NCBI GenBank assembly: GCA_036676395.1
Contig: JAKFCY010000003.1
Span: 538,330-602,329 of the forward strand
Length of the DNA stretch: 64,000 nucleotides
DNA from: Bdellovibrio sp.
GTDB lineage: Bacteria > Bdellovibrionota > Bdellovibrionia > Bdellovibrionales > Bdellovibrionaceae
Direction: 5' to 3'
A program made the position numbers and the translations under genes. Below the pieces are notes generated by a model. The model ran no database searches. It worked only from the letters and a program-made list of their open reading frames with translations, and was not told where the DNA came from. Each line of letters begins with the position of its first letter. The first letter of the stretch is position 1. Positions 29,543 to 38,836 of the stretch are shown piece by piece.

Positions 29543-29547
29543 TAGAC

Positions 29548-29973
29548 ATGAAATCGAATTCTATAAATAAAACGCTCGATATTGGTGACGTAGTTCAGTT
29601 GTCAGGGGTGCCCCCTTCGACACTTCGCTTTTATGAAGAGAAGGGTTTAATCCGATCAACGGGCCGTCATGGGCTAAGAAGGCTTTTCAATGCTCATGTC
29701 TTACAGCAGCTAGAATTTATTGCGCTGGGAAGACACGCTGGTCTAACTTTAGAAGATATTGCTTCGATGTTTACGACCGAAGGCGAACTTCAGGTCAGCA
29801 GAGAGTTTCTTTTCGAGAAGGCCAATGAAATGGAAAAGAGCATTCGCAAGCTTACTGCAGTTCGTAGCACTCTTTTGCATGTAGCCAAGTGTTCTGCGCC
29901 AAACCATATGGAATGTCCTAAATTTCAACGCTTACTGCGAGTCGCCGGTAAAAAGAAACATTCCCGCAGGTAG
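29548..29973 (+). CDS. MerR-family transcriptional regulator
   Basis: LDIGDV...STLRFYEEKGLI HTH; C-terminal CSAPNHMECPKF. Confidence 0.93.
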   Translation: MKSNSINKTLDIGDVVQLSGVPPSTLRFYEEKGLIRSTGRHGLRRLFNAHVLQQLEFIALGRHAGLTLEDIASMFTTEGELQVSREFLFEKANEMEKSIRKLTAVRSTLLHVAKCSAPNHMECPKFQRLLRVAGKKKHSRR

Positions 29974-29984
29974 GTTGAGAAAGC

Positions 29985-30422
29985 TTAAAACATTGTATTA
30001 TCGTTAGCGGCTTTTTCTGGAACCTCTTGAACGACATCCCAATGTTCGACTAGTTTTCCATTTTTGAGCCGGAAGATGTCCATGATAGCAAGTCCACGAG
30101 TTTTGTCATTTACCTTCCCATGAGCGTGCACGACGACCAAATCACCTTTTGCGATAATTCTTTTAATCACAATTTTAGAGTCGGGATTTTTTTTGAACAG
30201 AGGTTCAAAAAATGCCACGAAGGCATCTGCTCCATTGGCAACAGAGGGATTATGCTGAATATAACTTTCTCCAAAATACTTCTGAGTTGCTTCGCGTGGC
30301 TTATGCTTGTTGAAGGCAAGTTCAAAGAAAGCGATAACGACTTTCTTGTTGGTTTCTTCAAGCTCACTGGCAAAGGAAATTTGAGAGAATGCAACCACGG
30401 CGATCGCTAAAATCATTTTCAT
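29985..30422 (-). CDS. Secreted SnoaL-like / NTF2 protein
   Basis: YIQHNP, GDLVVVH, DIFRL..GKLVEHWDV; signal peptide. Confidence 0.9.
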   Translation of the reverse strand: MKMILAIAVVAFSQISFASELEETNKKVVIAFFELAFNKHKPREATQKYFGESYIQHNPSVANGADAFVAFFEPLFKKNPDSKIVIKRIIAKGDLVVVHAHGKVNDKTRGLAIMDIFRLKNGKLVEHWDVVQEVPEKAANDNTMF

Positions 30423-30486
30423 TTTTATCTCCAACCTGGGAAATGTCCCAAAAAATTAATCCGAATAAGAATAAAAAAATATAAGA

Positions 30487-31257
30487 TCATTTTGCTTCAG
30501 CCTTTAGCGCTTTTGCAACAGCTTCTCCAAAAGGCTTTGCCGATGGAGGATTCTGACCAGTAATCAGACGTCCATCGATTACGACTTTACTTTTTAAGAT
30601 AGGTGCTTTTTCGAAAATAGCTCCAGCTTTTCTAAGAGCAGTTTCAAGATCAAATGGAATTAGTTTTTCATATTTGAGAGAGATTTCTTCTTCTTTAGTG
30701 AATGCTGTCAGTTTTTTGCCAGCAATAAGACTTTCACCATTGCTAAGTTTTACCTTAAGAAATCCAGCGGGACCATGGCATACGGCACTCACAATTCCAT
30801 TGTTTTCGTAAATGACACGTATGATGTTTTGCAGATCAACGTTGTCGACGAAATCAAACATGGGCCCATGTCCACCAACCAGTTGAATAGCATCATATTT
30901 TGTAGGGTCGATATCCGAAAGTTTTAGAGTGTTACCGAGTTTGTTTCGATATTTTGGATTAGTCCAAAACCATAAATTCGCTTCATCTTTTAAATCAAAA
31001 CCATCGAAGGGTGAAAGTCCTCCTTTAGGACTGACTATGTCGATATCAAAGCCAGCTTTATCATAAACCTGAACAGGATGAGTTAGTTCAGGAAACCAGA
31101 ATCCCGCTACTAGGCCTTCGCCTTTCTTGTCTTGGCTTGATACCACTATGAGAATTTTCCTATTCTTATTTTCAGTACTTTTAGCCATTGAGATAGTTGA
31201 GAAAGATAAGAACATTGAGATGATGGCTGTTGTTATTGCAATTGAGTGCTTATTCAT
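30487..31257 (-). CDS. DJ-1/PfpI (type 1 glutamine amidotransferase-like) protein
   Basis: GFWFPELTHP, GGHGPMFD, SAVCHGPA, ITGQNP; signal peptide. Confidence 0.93.
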   Translation of the reverse strand: MNKHSIAITTAIISMFLSFSTISMAKSTENKNRKILIVVSSQDKKGEGLVAGFWFPELTHPVQVYDKAGFDIDIVSPKGGLSPFDGFDLKDEANLWFWTNPKYRNKLGNTLKLSDIDPTKYDAIQLVGGHGPMFDFVDNVDLQNIIRVIYENNGIVSAVCHGPAGFLKVKLSNGESLIAGKKLTAFTKEEEISLKYEKLIPFDLETALRKAGAIFEKAPILKSKVVIDGRLITGQNPPSAKPFGEAVAKALKAEAK

Positions 31258-31384
31258 TTTTTCTCCTAGTGATAAATTACAGTGCTCATTATATATTGAA
31301 AAGTATTGCTTAAGAATCCCATCTTATCTAAACTGGCTGTTTAGATAAATTAAACAATGCCCTTTTTTTAAAAATGGACTAAGT

Positions 31385-32291
31385 ATGTCAAATAATGATC
31401 CTTTTAGTTATTTAAGTGTTTTTTTTTGAGGTCGCTAAACAACAAAGTTTTCGTGCAGCTGCGCGTTCTTTAGAATTAACACCGGGAGCGATTAGCCAAG
31501 CAATCTCAAGCTTAGAAAAGCGATTAGGTCGCTCACTATTTCATCGAACAACCAGAAAAGTTGCATTAACAGAAGATGGGCAAGCATTCTTAAACGAAAC
31601 GCTGTCTGCTGCAGAAAAAATTGGATCTGCAGTTAAGACATTTAAGGAAAATGGAGGCACAGTCACCGGGACGCTACGGCTAATTGTGGAGCCAGTTGCA
31701 GCCACGCATGTTATAGAGACCATTCTTCCTGTTTTACGATCTCAATGGCCGGACATCTCTGTTGAGGTGGCGGTGGAAGATGTTCATACGAATTTTATTT
31801 CATCTGGATTTGACGCCGGTATAAGAATTGGATCTTATATCGCCCCCGACATGATCGCGATAAAAGTTTCTAAAAAATTCAAATGGATTATTTTAGGAGC
31901 ACCTTCTTATTTTAAAAAATATGGAAAACCTGTAACTCCGAATGATCTATTAAAACACCAGTGCCTTGGGTTAAGACGTCTCGAAAAAAGCGACGTTTAC
32001 CATTGGGAGCTTGTCGATGGAAATAAAACAATTCGAATTAATCCAGGCAGAAGAGTTGTGGTCAACAATGGCAGGCTAATGCGTCGTCTTGCCGCAAGAG
32101 GAATGGGTTTGATTTACACTTCAATGTTACATGCTTCGGAAGAATTGGAATCAGGAGAACTTGTGCCAGTTCTACAGTCTTATATGCCGACCAATGCTGA
32201 GTCGCTTTATTTATACTTTACAAAAACAAATAGAAACCAACCGAAGCTAAGAGCCCTTATAGAATGTTGTAAATCGCTGCACTCAATATAA
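31385..32291 (+). pseudogene. LysR-family regulator with a +1 frameshift in a T9 tract (31419-31427)
   Basis: ATG 31385 reads MSNNDPFSYLSVFF then TGA; removing one T joins it to EVAKQQSFRAAARSL...LFHRTTR. Confidence 0.8.
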
Positions 32292-32302
32292 ACTTTTGCC
32301 CA

Positions 32303-32341
32303 GGACATAGCTCGACTGACTCGTTCTCAAGCGCTCCACCT
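32303..32341 (+). repeat. Degenerate attR-like site
   Basis: GGACA-N26-CTCCACC, same spacing as the copies at 27588 and 36435. Confidence 0.5.
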
Positions 32342-32459
32342 CTTAAGATGAAGGTGAGTTTGTGTTTACCCTTTGAGTCTTCTGGCCCTACTCAAACTCG
32401 TCAGCCCAGAAATCGCTGCTTGAACCTGCTGTAAAATTTGAGGTCGATGTCGGTGCCAC

Positions 32460-32475
32460 TGGCATGCTCCCTGCT
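32460..32475 (+). promoter_or_regulatory. Putative sigma54 promoter
   Basis: TGGCATGCTCCCTGCT (GG-N10-GC). Confidence 0.45.
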
Positions 32476-32590
32476 AGTATGGAGTACTTATGATTTTTAT
32501 CTTGCTGTTCATGAAGTTGAGAGATCGCGATGAGACAAAGTGGCTCAATCAACAGACTCAGCCGGTCATTTTGTCAGAAGGTTATTTGTT

Positions 32591-35308
32591 ATGAACAAGC
32601 CGAGGGCGTGGCACTCACTTGATTCTGATGAATGTATTAGATGGCTAAGTACTGACGCGATACATGGCCTCTCTCAAAGGGTTGCAGCCGAGCGTCTGCA
32701 ACAATTCGGATCGAATGAATTACCAGAACCAAAGCGCCGTTCTCTTCTATCTATTGCTCTTCATCAATTTCTAAGTCCTCTTATCTATCTTTTGCTAGTT
32801 GCGGCCGGCATCGCATTTTTTATCGGTGAAGCCCGCGATGCCATTGTCATCCTGGTCGTGGTTTTTTTTAATGCTATCATAGGTGCATTTCAAGAAGGGC
32901 GCGCGGAACAGTCGCTCGCCGCACTCCGGAAACTATCAAAGTTAAAAGCTCGTGTGATACGTGGCGGACAAGAGCAACTCATCGAAGCGGGCGATGTCGT
33001 CCCCGGTGATATCCTGCTTCTTAGCTCGGGAGAAGCAGTTGCCGCTGATGCGAGACTCGTTGAGGCCTCATCAATTGCAGTCGCTGAGGCTGCTCTTAGC
33101 GGCGAGTCCTTACCCGTGCGCAAGTTCGTTGAGCCACTTGTGGAAAATACGGTTCTCGCTGATCGACATAATATGATTTATGCTGGCACTCACATTACAG
33201 CGGGACGAGGACTTGCCGTTGTGATCTCAACAGGTGTGAACAATGAGATTGGTAAAATCGCAAACCTCGCGACCACGACTTTGCAGCCAAAGACCCAGCT
33301 GGAATTGCGAATCAGACAATTTGGAAAATACCTTGTCTTTGCGGCACTTGTTGTTTTTGGGCTTGTCGTTGCAATTGGCCTCTGGCGCAATATCGCCTTC
33401 TCGCAGATTTTTATGATCGCCATCAGTCAAATGGTGTCACTCGTACCAGAAGGCTTGCCGGTGGCAATGACCATTGCGCTCGCGGTTGGCGTTCAGCGTA
33501 TGGCTCGCCGAGGAACAATTGTCCGAAGACTCGCTGCAGTTGAAACCCTGGGTTCAACGACTGTTATATGTAGCGATAAAACCGGAACACTCACTCGCAA
33601 TGAAATGGCAGTGACCGCCATTTATTTACCATCCAAGAAACGAGAAATTACCGTCGCAGGAGTCGGGTATGCCCCAGAGGGATATTTCGAGGAAAGTGGG
33701 CATAAACTTACGACTCAACTTGATGAAACATTACAGAAGCTTTTTGTCGCGAGTGTTTTGTGCAATGATGCTCAGCTGCTTGGCCCTGACGCCTTAGCTA
33801 ATCAATGGCGGATTGTTGGCGACCCGACAGAGGGAGCGCTTCTTACGATGGCTGCAAAAGGTGGAGCTGACATAACCTCCCTTAAAAGACAATATCAAAG
33901 AAAAGCAGAGCTGCCGTTCGACTCAGATACTAAAATGATGGCAACCCAGCACACGATAAATACCAATAGCATAGTATTTATTAAAGGAGCTCCAGAGACG
34001 TTACTAAGATACTGTGGCTCAGTATTTCACGATGGATGCATCGAGAAATTTGATGAGACGATTCTTGCCGAAGTTCAAAAAGCTTCCGAAAAAATGGCGA
34101 ATTCGGCTCTTCGATTATTAGCGATCGGGCTTGTTGAAAATGCTTTCATTGATGGTTCGAAAGGTTTTGAGCCCTTTATGGGAAAGATCACATTAATTGG
34201 TTTGATTGGCGAACTTGATCCACCAAGAACCGAAGTGGCGGATTCGATCAGGGAATGTAAGGTCGCTGGAGTTAAACCTGTTATGGTTACCGGTGATCAT
34301 AAAGCCACCGGGCTCGCCATAGCACGTGCGCTTGGCATCAGTCGAGATAATGATCTGGCGATTGATGGTCAAGAGCTTGATTTGTTATCGGATGCCGATC
34401 TTGCAGAAAAAATAAGTCGCATCAGTGTCTTTGCGCGCGTGCATCCTTCGCAAAAATTACGGATCGTCGAAGCCTTTCAAAAGCGAGGTGAAATAGTGGC
34501 AATGACCGGAGATGGCGTCAACGATGCCCCTGCTCTGGTGCGTGCAAATGTCGGAGTCGCTATGGGCATCACAGGAACTGAAGTCGCCAAAGAAGCCGCG
34601 AAAATAGTAATCACCGACGATAACTTTTCAACCATAGTAACTGCTATTTCGGAAGGTCGGCTTGTCTATCAGAATATTAAAAAGTTAATTCTCTTTCTAT
34701 TTGTAACCTCGATCGATGAAGTCGCAATACTTTTTTTGGCATTGATTCTTGGCTATCCGCCCCCGTTAGCGGCTGTTCAAATTCTATGGATCAATTTGGT
34801 GGCGGAAGGCACTTTAACCGTCAATCTTATCATGGAGCCAGCAGAGGGTGATGAGATGAAGCGGGCACCAATCCCAGTGACACAATTACTATTAGATCGC
34901 GCCCTTCTATCACGGATTCCGCTGCTGGTAATTACAACCGTAATTTCTACGTTCGGGTGGTTTACCTATCGGATTTCGATGGGAGTTTCCCCGGATGTCG
35001 TGCAAAGCGAAACCTTTACGATACTTGTTGTATGTCAATGGTTCAACGTACTCAACTGCCGCTCAGCTACACACTCAGCATTGACTTGGGATATTCTTAA
35101 GAATCCTTGGCTCTTGGGTGGATTAGTCATTAGCAATCTTCTTCAGGCTGCTGTCATCTATTGGCCGCCGCTAAGCCAGTTCTTTCATACGGTGCCAATC
35201 GATACAGCTCAGTTCTTTGCTATCGGAGCTGTGGCAAGTCTTGTTCTTTGGGCTGAAGAGGCACGAAAATTTATTGTAAGAAATAACATTTTTAACAGGT
35301 TCGCTTAG
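32591..35308 (+). CDS. Cation-transporting P-type ATPase (P2A, Ca2+-like)
   Basis: SGES, PEGLP, DKTGTLT, KGAPE, TGD, GDGVND. Confidence 0.97.
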   Translation: MNKPRAWHSLDSDECIRWLSTDAIHGLSQRVAAERLQQFGSNELPEPKRRSLLSIALHQFLSPLIYLLLVAAGIAFFIGEARDAIVILVVVFFNAIIGAFQEGRAEQSLAALRKLSKLKARVIRGGQEQLIEAGDVVPGDILLLSSGEAVAADARLVEASSIAVAEAALSGESLPVRKFVEPLVENTVLADRHNMIYAGTHITAGRGLAVVISTGVNNEIGKIANLATTTLQPKTQLELRIRQFGKYLVFAALVVFGLVVAIGLWRNIAFSQIFMIAISQMVSLVPEGLPVAMTIALAVGVQRMARRGTIVRRLAAVETLGSTTVICSDKTGTLTRNEMAVTAIYLPSKKREITVAGVGYAPEGYFEESGHKLTTQLDETLQKLFVASVLCNDAQLLGPDALANQWRIVGDPTEGALLTMAAKGGADITSLKRQYQRKAELPFDSDTKMMATQHTINTNSIVFIKGAPETLLRYCGSVFHDGCIEKFDETILAEVQKASEKMANSALRLLAIGLVENAFIDGSKGFEPFMGKITLIGLIGELDPPRTEVADSIRECKVAGVKPVMVTGDHKATGLAIARALGISRDNDLAIDGQELDLLSDADLAEKISRISVFARVHPSQKLRIVEAFQKRGEIVAMTGDGVNDAPALVRANVGVAMGITGTEVAKEAAKIVITDDNFSTIVTAISEGRLVYQNIKKLILFLFVTSIDEVAILFLALILGYPPPLAAVQILWINLVAEGTLTVNLIMEPAEGDEMKRAPIPVTQLLLDRALLSRIPLLVITTVISTFGWFTYRISMGVSPDVVQSETFTILVVCQWFNVLNCRSATHSALTWDILKNPWLLGGLVISNLLQAAVIYWPPLSQFFHTVPIDTAQFFAIGAVASLVLWAEEARKFIVRNNIFNRFA

Positions 35309-35340
35309 CGATCATATTAACGTTTCTGGAGGAATAATAA

Positions 35341-36009
35341 ATGACGAAAGTACCTAAAAAATCAGACTCCAATTTGAAATCTGAAGAAAAGCTTGAAGGC
35401 GTCGAAGGCACGAAGTCAGAACGACCGCCGCATTACTCATGGTCTACTCGCCATCTTCTTCTTGTGGTAGCGCTGTTGATTACTGTTGCTTTAGTGATCG
35501 TTCTCTCTACAGCCCCATTTGCCGCAATTCTAGGACCAAGCCACCATGCTTTGGCGGCAGCACTGCACGGGCTGTTCTCTTTTCTGTTTTTGGTCGTATC
35601 CACAGTGGGTCTCTATCTTGCCTTTCGACTTTTTACAGGAAGGATCCGTTCGTTTCCCGATCTTCAACTGGCTTCAACGACGATGGCGGTACTATCGCTG
35701 ATCACAATCGTCTTTGGTAATTGGATTTACATCGCCTACCGTGCCAAAGATCCGAAAGCCCCGCGAACTTATTTTCTAGAGAACATGCCCGAAGTTCACA
35801 AAGTGTTCTTCGAGTTTAAGGAATTCGCGGCCCTCTTTACGTTACCGCTTTCAGTGGCGGCAGCATTTATTCTCTGGCGATATGGCAGTGAAATCCTAGA
35901 CAAGACGTGGACGCGCAAGGCGGTTTCAATCCTGATCGCGCTAAACTTTTTTTATCTCATGATTGCTTTTGGCCTGGGGGCCGCTGTGGCTAAGCTCAAG
36001 GGCATTTAA
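35341..36009 (+). CDS. Multi-pass membrane protein, His-containing
   Basis: RBS GGAGG; about 5 TM segments; LHG, GNWIY..YRA and HKVFFEFKE motifs. Confidence 0.8.
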   Translation: MTKVPKKSDSNLKSEEKLEGVEGTKSERPPHYSWSTRHLLLVVALLITVALVIVLSTAPFAAILGPSHHALAAALHGLFSFLFLVVSTVGLYLAFRLFTGRIRSFPDLQLASTTMAVLSLITIVFGNWIYIAYRAKDPKAPRTYFLENMPEVHKVFFEFKEFAALFTLPLSVAAAFILWRYGSEILDKTWTRKAVSILIALNFFYLMIAFGLGAAVAKLKGI

Positions 36010-36028
36010 CAAAGAAAGGGGACTGCTT

Positions 36029-36406
36029 ATGTCTAATCAAGTAAAAACGACTTCATCTCAGAGGATCCCAAATGGGGCCGCGATCGCAGCCTATCTCTCG
36101 GCCATGATCGGTCTCTTGGTGCTTTCCCTTTCTGCTTTATTATCGGAAATCTCAGAGCCCATGAAGAATTGGATTCACGAAGTTGGTAAACTTTGGATTC
36201 TAGGAGCAGAAGGCATTGGTCCTTATTCCGGAAAAGAAACGCTTGGTCTTGTCGGGTGGCTTTTCAGTTGGCTCATTCTCAATAAGGTTCTGCGAAAAAA
36301 AGAACTGAGTGGCGGTTTTTGGCTAGTAATATTTCTGGTTGGAATCGGTATTGCGACTACGCTGATATGGCCACCTATCTGGGCGATTTTCGGGGCTACG
36401 CACTGA
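36029..36406 (+). CDS. Small multi-pass membrane protein
   Basis: RBS AGGGG; PNGAAIAA and GIGPYSGK motifs; 3 TM segments. Confidence 0.8.
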   Translation: MSNQVKTTSSQRIPNGAAIAAYLSAMIGLLVLSLSALLSEISEPMKNWIHEVGKLWILGAEGIGPYSGKETLGLVGWLFSWLILNKVLRKKELSGGFWLVIFLVGIGIATTLIWPPIWAIFGATH

Positions 36407-36431
36407 GTTGGCAGATCAAATATTGGGAGGA

Positions 36432-36479
36432 TGCGGACAGCAGGGTTCGACAATTGAAATTTCTCTACCACCAATTTTT
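36432..36479 (+). repeat. Degenerate attR-like copy of the tmRNA 3' end
   Basis: TGCGGACAGCAGGGTTCGACAATTGAAATTTCTCTACCACCAATTTTT; shares TGCGGACA.CA.GGTTCG.CAAT.GA and CCACCAATTTTT with the 27.6 kb copy. Confidence 0.75.
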
Positions 36480-36565
36480 GCGAACTAGTAATTGCAATTG
36501 CTTGCGCTGACTTTAGATCTGGCTCAAGCTATGCTTCGGGACCAGATCAATAAAGGAAAGTTTCT

Positions 36566-37252
36566 ATGTTTAATAGCCCAGTTACCGAAAGCCAGCTTCA
36601 CAGGCTGATGTCTGTTCAGCCAAAGTCAGCGATCGACATTGGCTGCGGAGATGGCTCGCTTTTAAATTGGTTGAGTGGGCAGTTTTCGACATCAGGAATG
36701 GGTGTTGATAAAGACGAAGCTGAAATCGCAAACGCGAATTCTAACTCTTCTGGCAAACAGCTTCAGTTCTTGGCTCGCTCATTTGATGTTAATGACTTTA
36801 AGGATAAAAAATTTCAGCTCGCTGCGTGTATCGGTTCAACTCACATATTCGCAGAGGGAGAACTAGCCCTAAAGATGGCTCTTGAAGGAATGAAGCCTCT
36901 TACCGAAAACGGTGGCTTTATCTTGATTGGCGACTGCTACTGGCGAAAAGAACCTTCTTCTGAATATCTTAAAATTTTTGGTGGCTCGCCTCCAGCCTAT
37001 CGAAGTCACCAGGATAATATCGAACTTATTCATCAAGCAGGCTTGAAACTGATCTCATCGGATGAATGCTCGACCGAGCAGTGGGATGATTTCGAAAGTC
37101 GTCATCAAAAAAAACTCAAAGCTCGTTTTTCACAAATCTCGGATAACGAAGAAAGAGCAAAAAAAGAGAAATTTTTAGAACTTTGGAATCACCATTATGA
37201 AAAATGGGGACGAGAGACTTTAGGTTTCGGGCTTTATCTAGCTCGCACTTGA
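36566..37252 (+). CDS. Class I SAM-dependent methyltransferase
   Basis: IDIGCGDG, CIGSTH, GRETLGF. Confidence 0.9.
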   Translation: MFNSPVTESQLHRLMSVQPKSAIDIGCGDGSLLNWLSGQFSTSGMGVDKDEAEIANANSNSSGKQLQFLARSFDVNDFKDKKFQLAACIGSTHIFAEGELALKMALEGMKPLTENGGFILIGDCYWRKEPSSEYLKIFGGSPPAYRSHQDNIELIHQAGLKLISSDECSTEQWDDFESRHQKKLKARFSQISDNEERAKKEKFLELWNHHYEKWGRETLGFGLYLART

Positions 37253-37267
37253 TTGAAGCCGCAGTTA

Positions 37268-37714
37268 TTACTTTGGAATAATCAATTGTAAATCTTGTAA
37301 TCGTACAGACTTTCCTTTTTTAGAAACCATCTTAGTCTGGATAGAAACATCAGACTGATCTCTAGCATCGACTAATCTTACGCATTTTTCATTGGGTTTA
37401 AAAAGGTGCCGCGTACTCCATTCTCGGATGAGTATAAGAGCTGGTAAAAGCTCTACACCATTTGGTGTAAGTGCGTATTCATGTCTACGCGCAGTCTCAG
37501 ACACTAAGCGTTTTTCAAGAATACCAAACTCTACCAGCTTAGTCAGACGCTGGGTCAGGGTATTTCTGGGGATTCCCAGATTAAGATGAAAATCATCAAA
37601 TCGCGTGACCCCCGCAAAAGCTTCTCGAAGGATCAATAATGACCACCATTCTCCGATGACATCGAGTCCACGGGCCAAAGGACAACTTTCTTTATTTAAG
37701 TTCGTACGTTGCAT
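37268..37714 (-). CDS. HxlR-family winged-helix regulator
   Basis: CPLARGLDVIGEWWSLLILRE and EYALT..G motifs. Confidence 0.93.
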   Translation of the reverse strand: MQRTNLNKESCPLARGLDVIGEWWSLLILREAFAGVTRFDDFHLNLGIPRNTLTQRLTKLVEFGILEKRLVSETARRHEYALTPNGVELLPALILIREWSTRHLFKPNEKCVRLVDARDQSDVSIQTKMVSKKGKSVRLQDLQLIIPK

Positions 37715-37730
37715 AATAACAGCATAGCAC

Positions 37731-37798
37731 AAATTAGTTGCTTTAATAAACTAATTTATGCTACCTTTAAATAAGTTCAATTATTAAACTTATTTAAA
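37731..37798. promoter_or_regulatory. Two inverted-repeat operators in the divergent HxlR/oxidoreductase promoter
   Basis: AAATTAGTT-N9-AACTAATTT (37731-37757) and TTTAAATAAGTT-N9-AACTTATTTAAA (37766-37798). Confidence 0.7.
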
Positions 37799-37822
37799 AT
37801 GAGTAAATTTAAGGAAGTTAAA

Positions 37823-38836
37823 ATGCGTGCAGTCGTATTGTCTGGATATGGTGATGAAAACAAGATTCAATTTCGTGAAATGCCAGTTCCTGTTATCAAG
37901 GATTTTGAGATTCTAGTAGAGGTATATGCAGCAGCAATTAATCCTGTAGATATTAAGATTCTAAAAAAGCAAATGTGGCCCATTTTAAGATTTAAATTTC
38001 CATTGATTCTTGGAACAGATTTATCAGGAAAAGTAATTAAGATTGGATCGAAAGTTACGAAGTTCAAGGTGGGTGATGAAGTATTTGCCAGCATCAGTAC
38101 TTATCAATTGGGTGCTTTTGCTGAGATGGTTGCAATTCGGGAAATCGATGCTTCTTTAAAACCGAAAAATCTTAGCTTTGAGGAAGCCGCTTCTATTCCT
38201 CTTGTTGGTCTTACAGTTTATCAGGCTTTAAAATCAACTGCTCAACTTGCGAAAGATCAAAAAGTATTTATTAAAGCCGGCAGTGGTGGAATCGGAACCT
38301 TTGCCATTCAGTTTGCAAAAACGCTTGGGGCCGAGGTGGCCACAACCACAAGTTCAAAAAATACTGATTGGGTTAAGGCTTTAGGTGCTGACCACGTTAT
38401 CGATTATCATGCGCAAAAATTCGAAGACGTTTTAAAAAATTACGATGTCGTTCTGGATTCTGTGGATGGAGATGACATTAGTCGCGGCTTTAAGATTTTA
38501 AAAAAAGGAGGACATCTTTTATCGATTATTGGTCCTCCGAATTCAGAATTTGCAAAAAGGCTTAATATAGGTTTTCCGCTTAGTTTTGTGATGTCTTTAA
38601 TCGGAAGAAAAGTAACAAATCTTGCTAAAAAATACGGTGTCCATTTCACCTTTGTATTTGTAGAGCCTTCAGGGGCCCAGCTCAATGAGATCAAAGATCT
38701 TATTGAAGACGAAAAAATTAAACCAGTCATCGACCGTGTTTTTCCTATTGAAAAAGTGCGCGAAGCTTTTGCTTACGTGGCCCAAGGCAGAAGTAAAGGT
38801 AAAGTAATTCTAAATCTAACAAAGGATATTTTATGA
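37823..38836 (+). CDS. NADP-dependent oxidoreductase (MDR family)
   Basis: AINPVD, LGTDLSG, AGSGGIG, KGKVIL. Confidence 0.93.
   Translation: MRAVVLSGYGDENKIQFREMPVPVIKDFEILVEVYAAAINPVDIKILKKQMWPILRFKFPLILGTDLSGKVIKIGSKVTKFKVGDEVFASISTYQLGAFAEMVAIREIDASLKPKNLSFEEAASIPLVGLTVYQALKSTAQLAKDQKVFIKAGSGGIGTFAIQFAKTLGAEVATTTSSKNTDWVKALGADHVIDYHAQKFEDVLKNYDVVLDSVDGDDISRGFKILKKGGHLLSIIGPPNSEFAKRLNIGFPLSFVMSLIGRKVTNLAKKYGVHFTFVFVEPSGAQLNEIKDLIEDEKIKPVIDRVFPIEKVREAFAYVAQGRSKGKVILNLTKDIL

Noticed and set aside
29548..29973. Calling the MerR regulator soxR
   Set aside because: It lacks the four-Cys [2Fe-2S] motif despite the SoxR-like operator.
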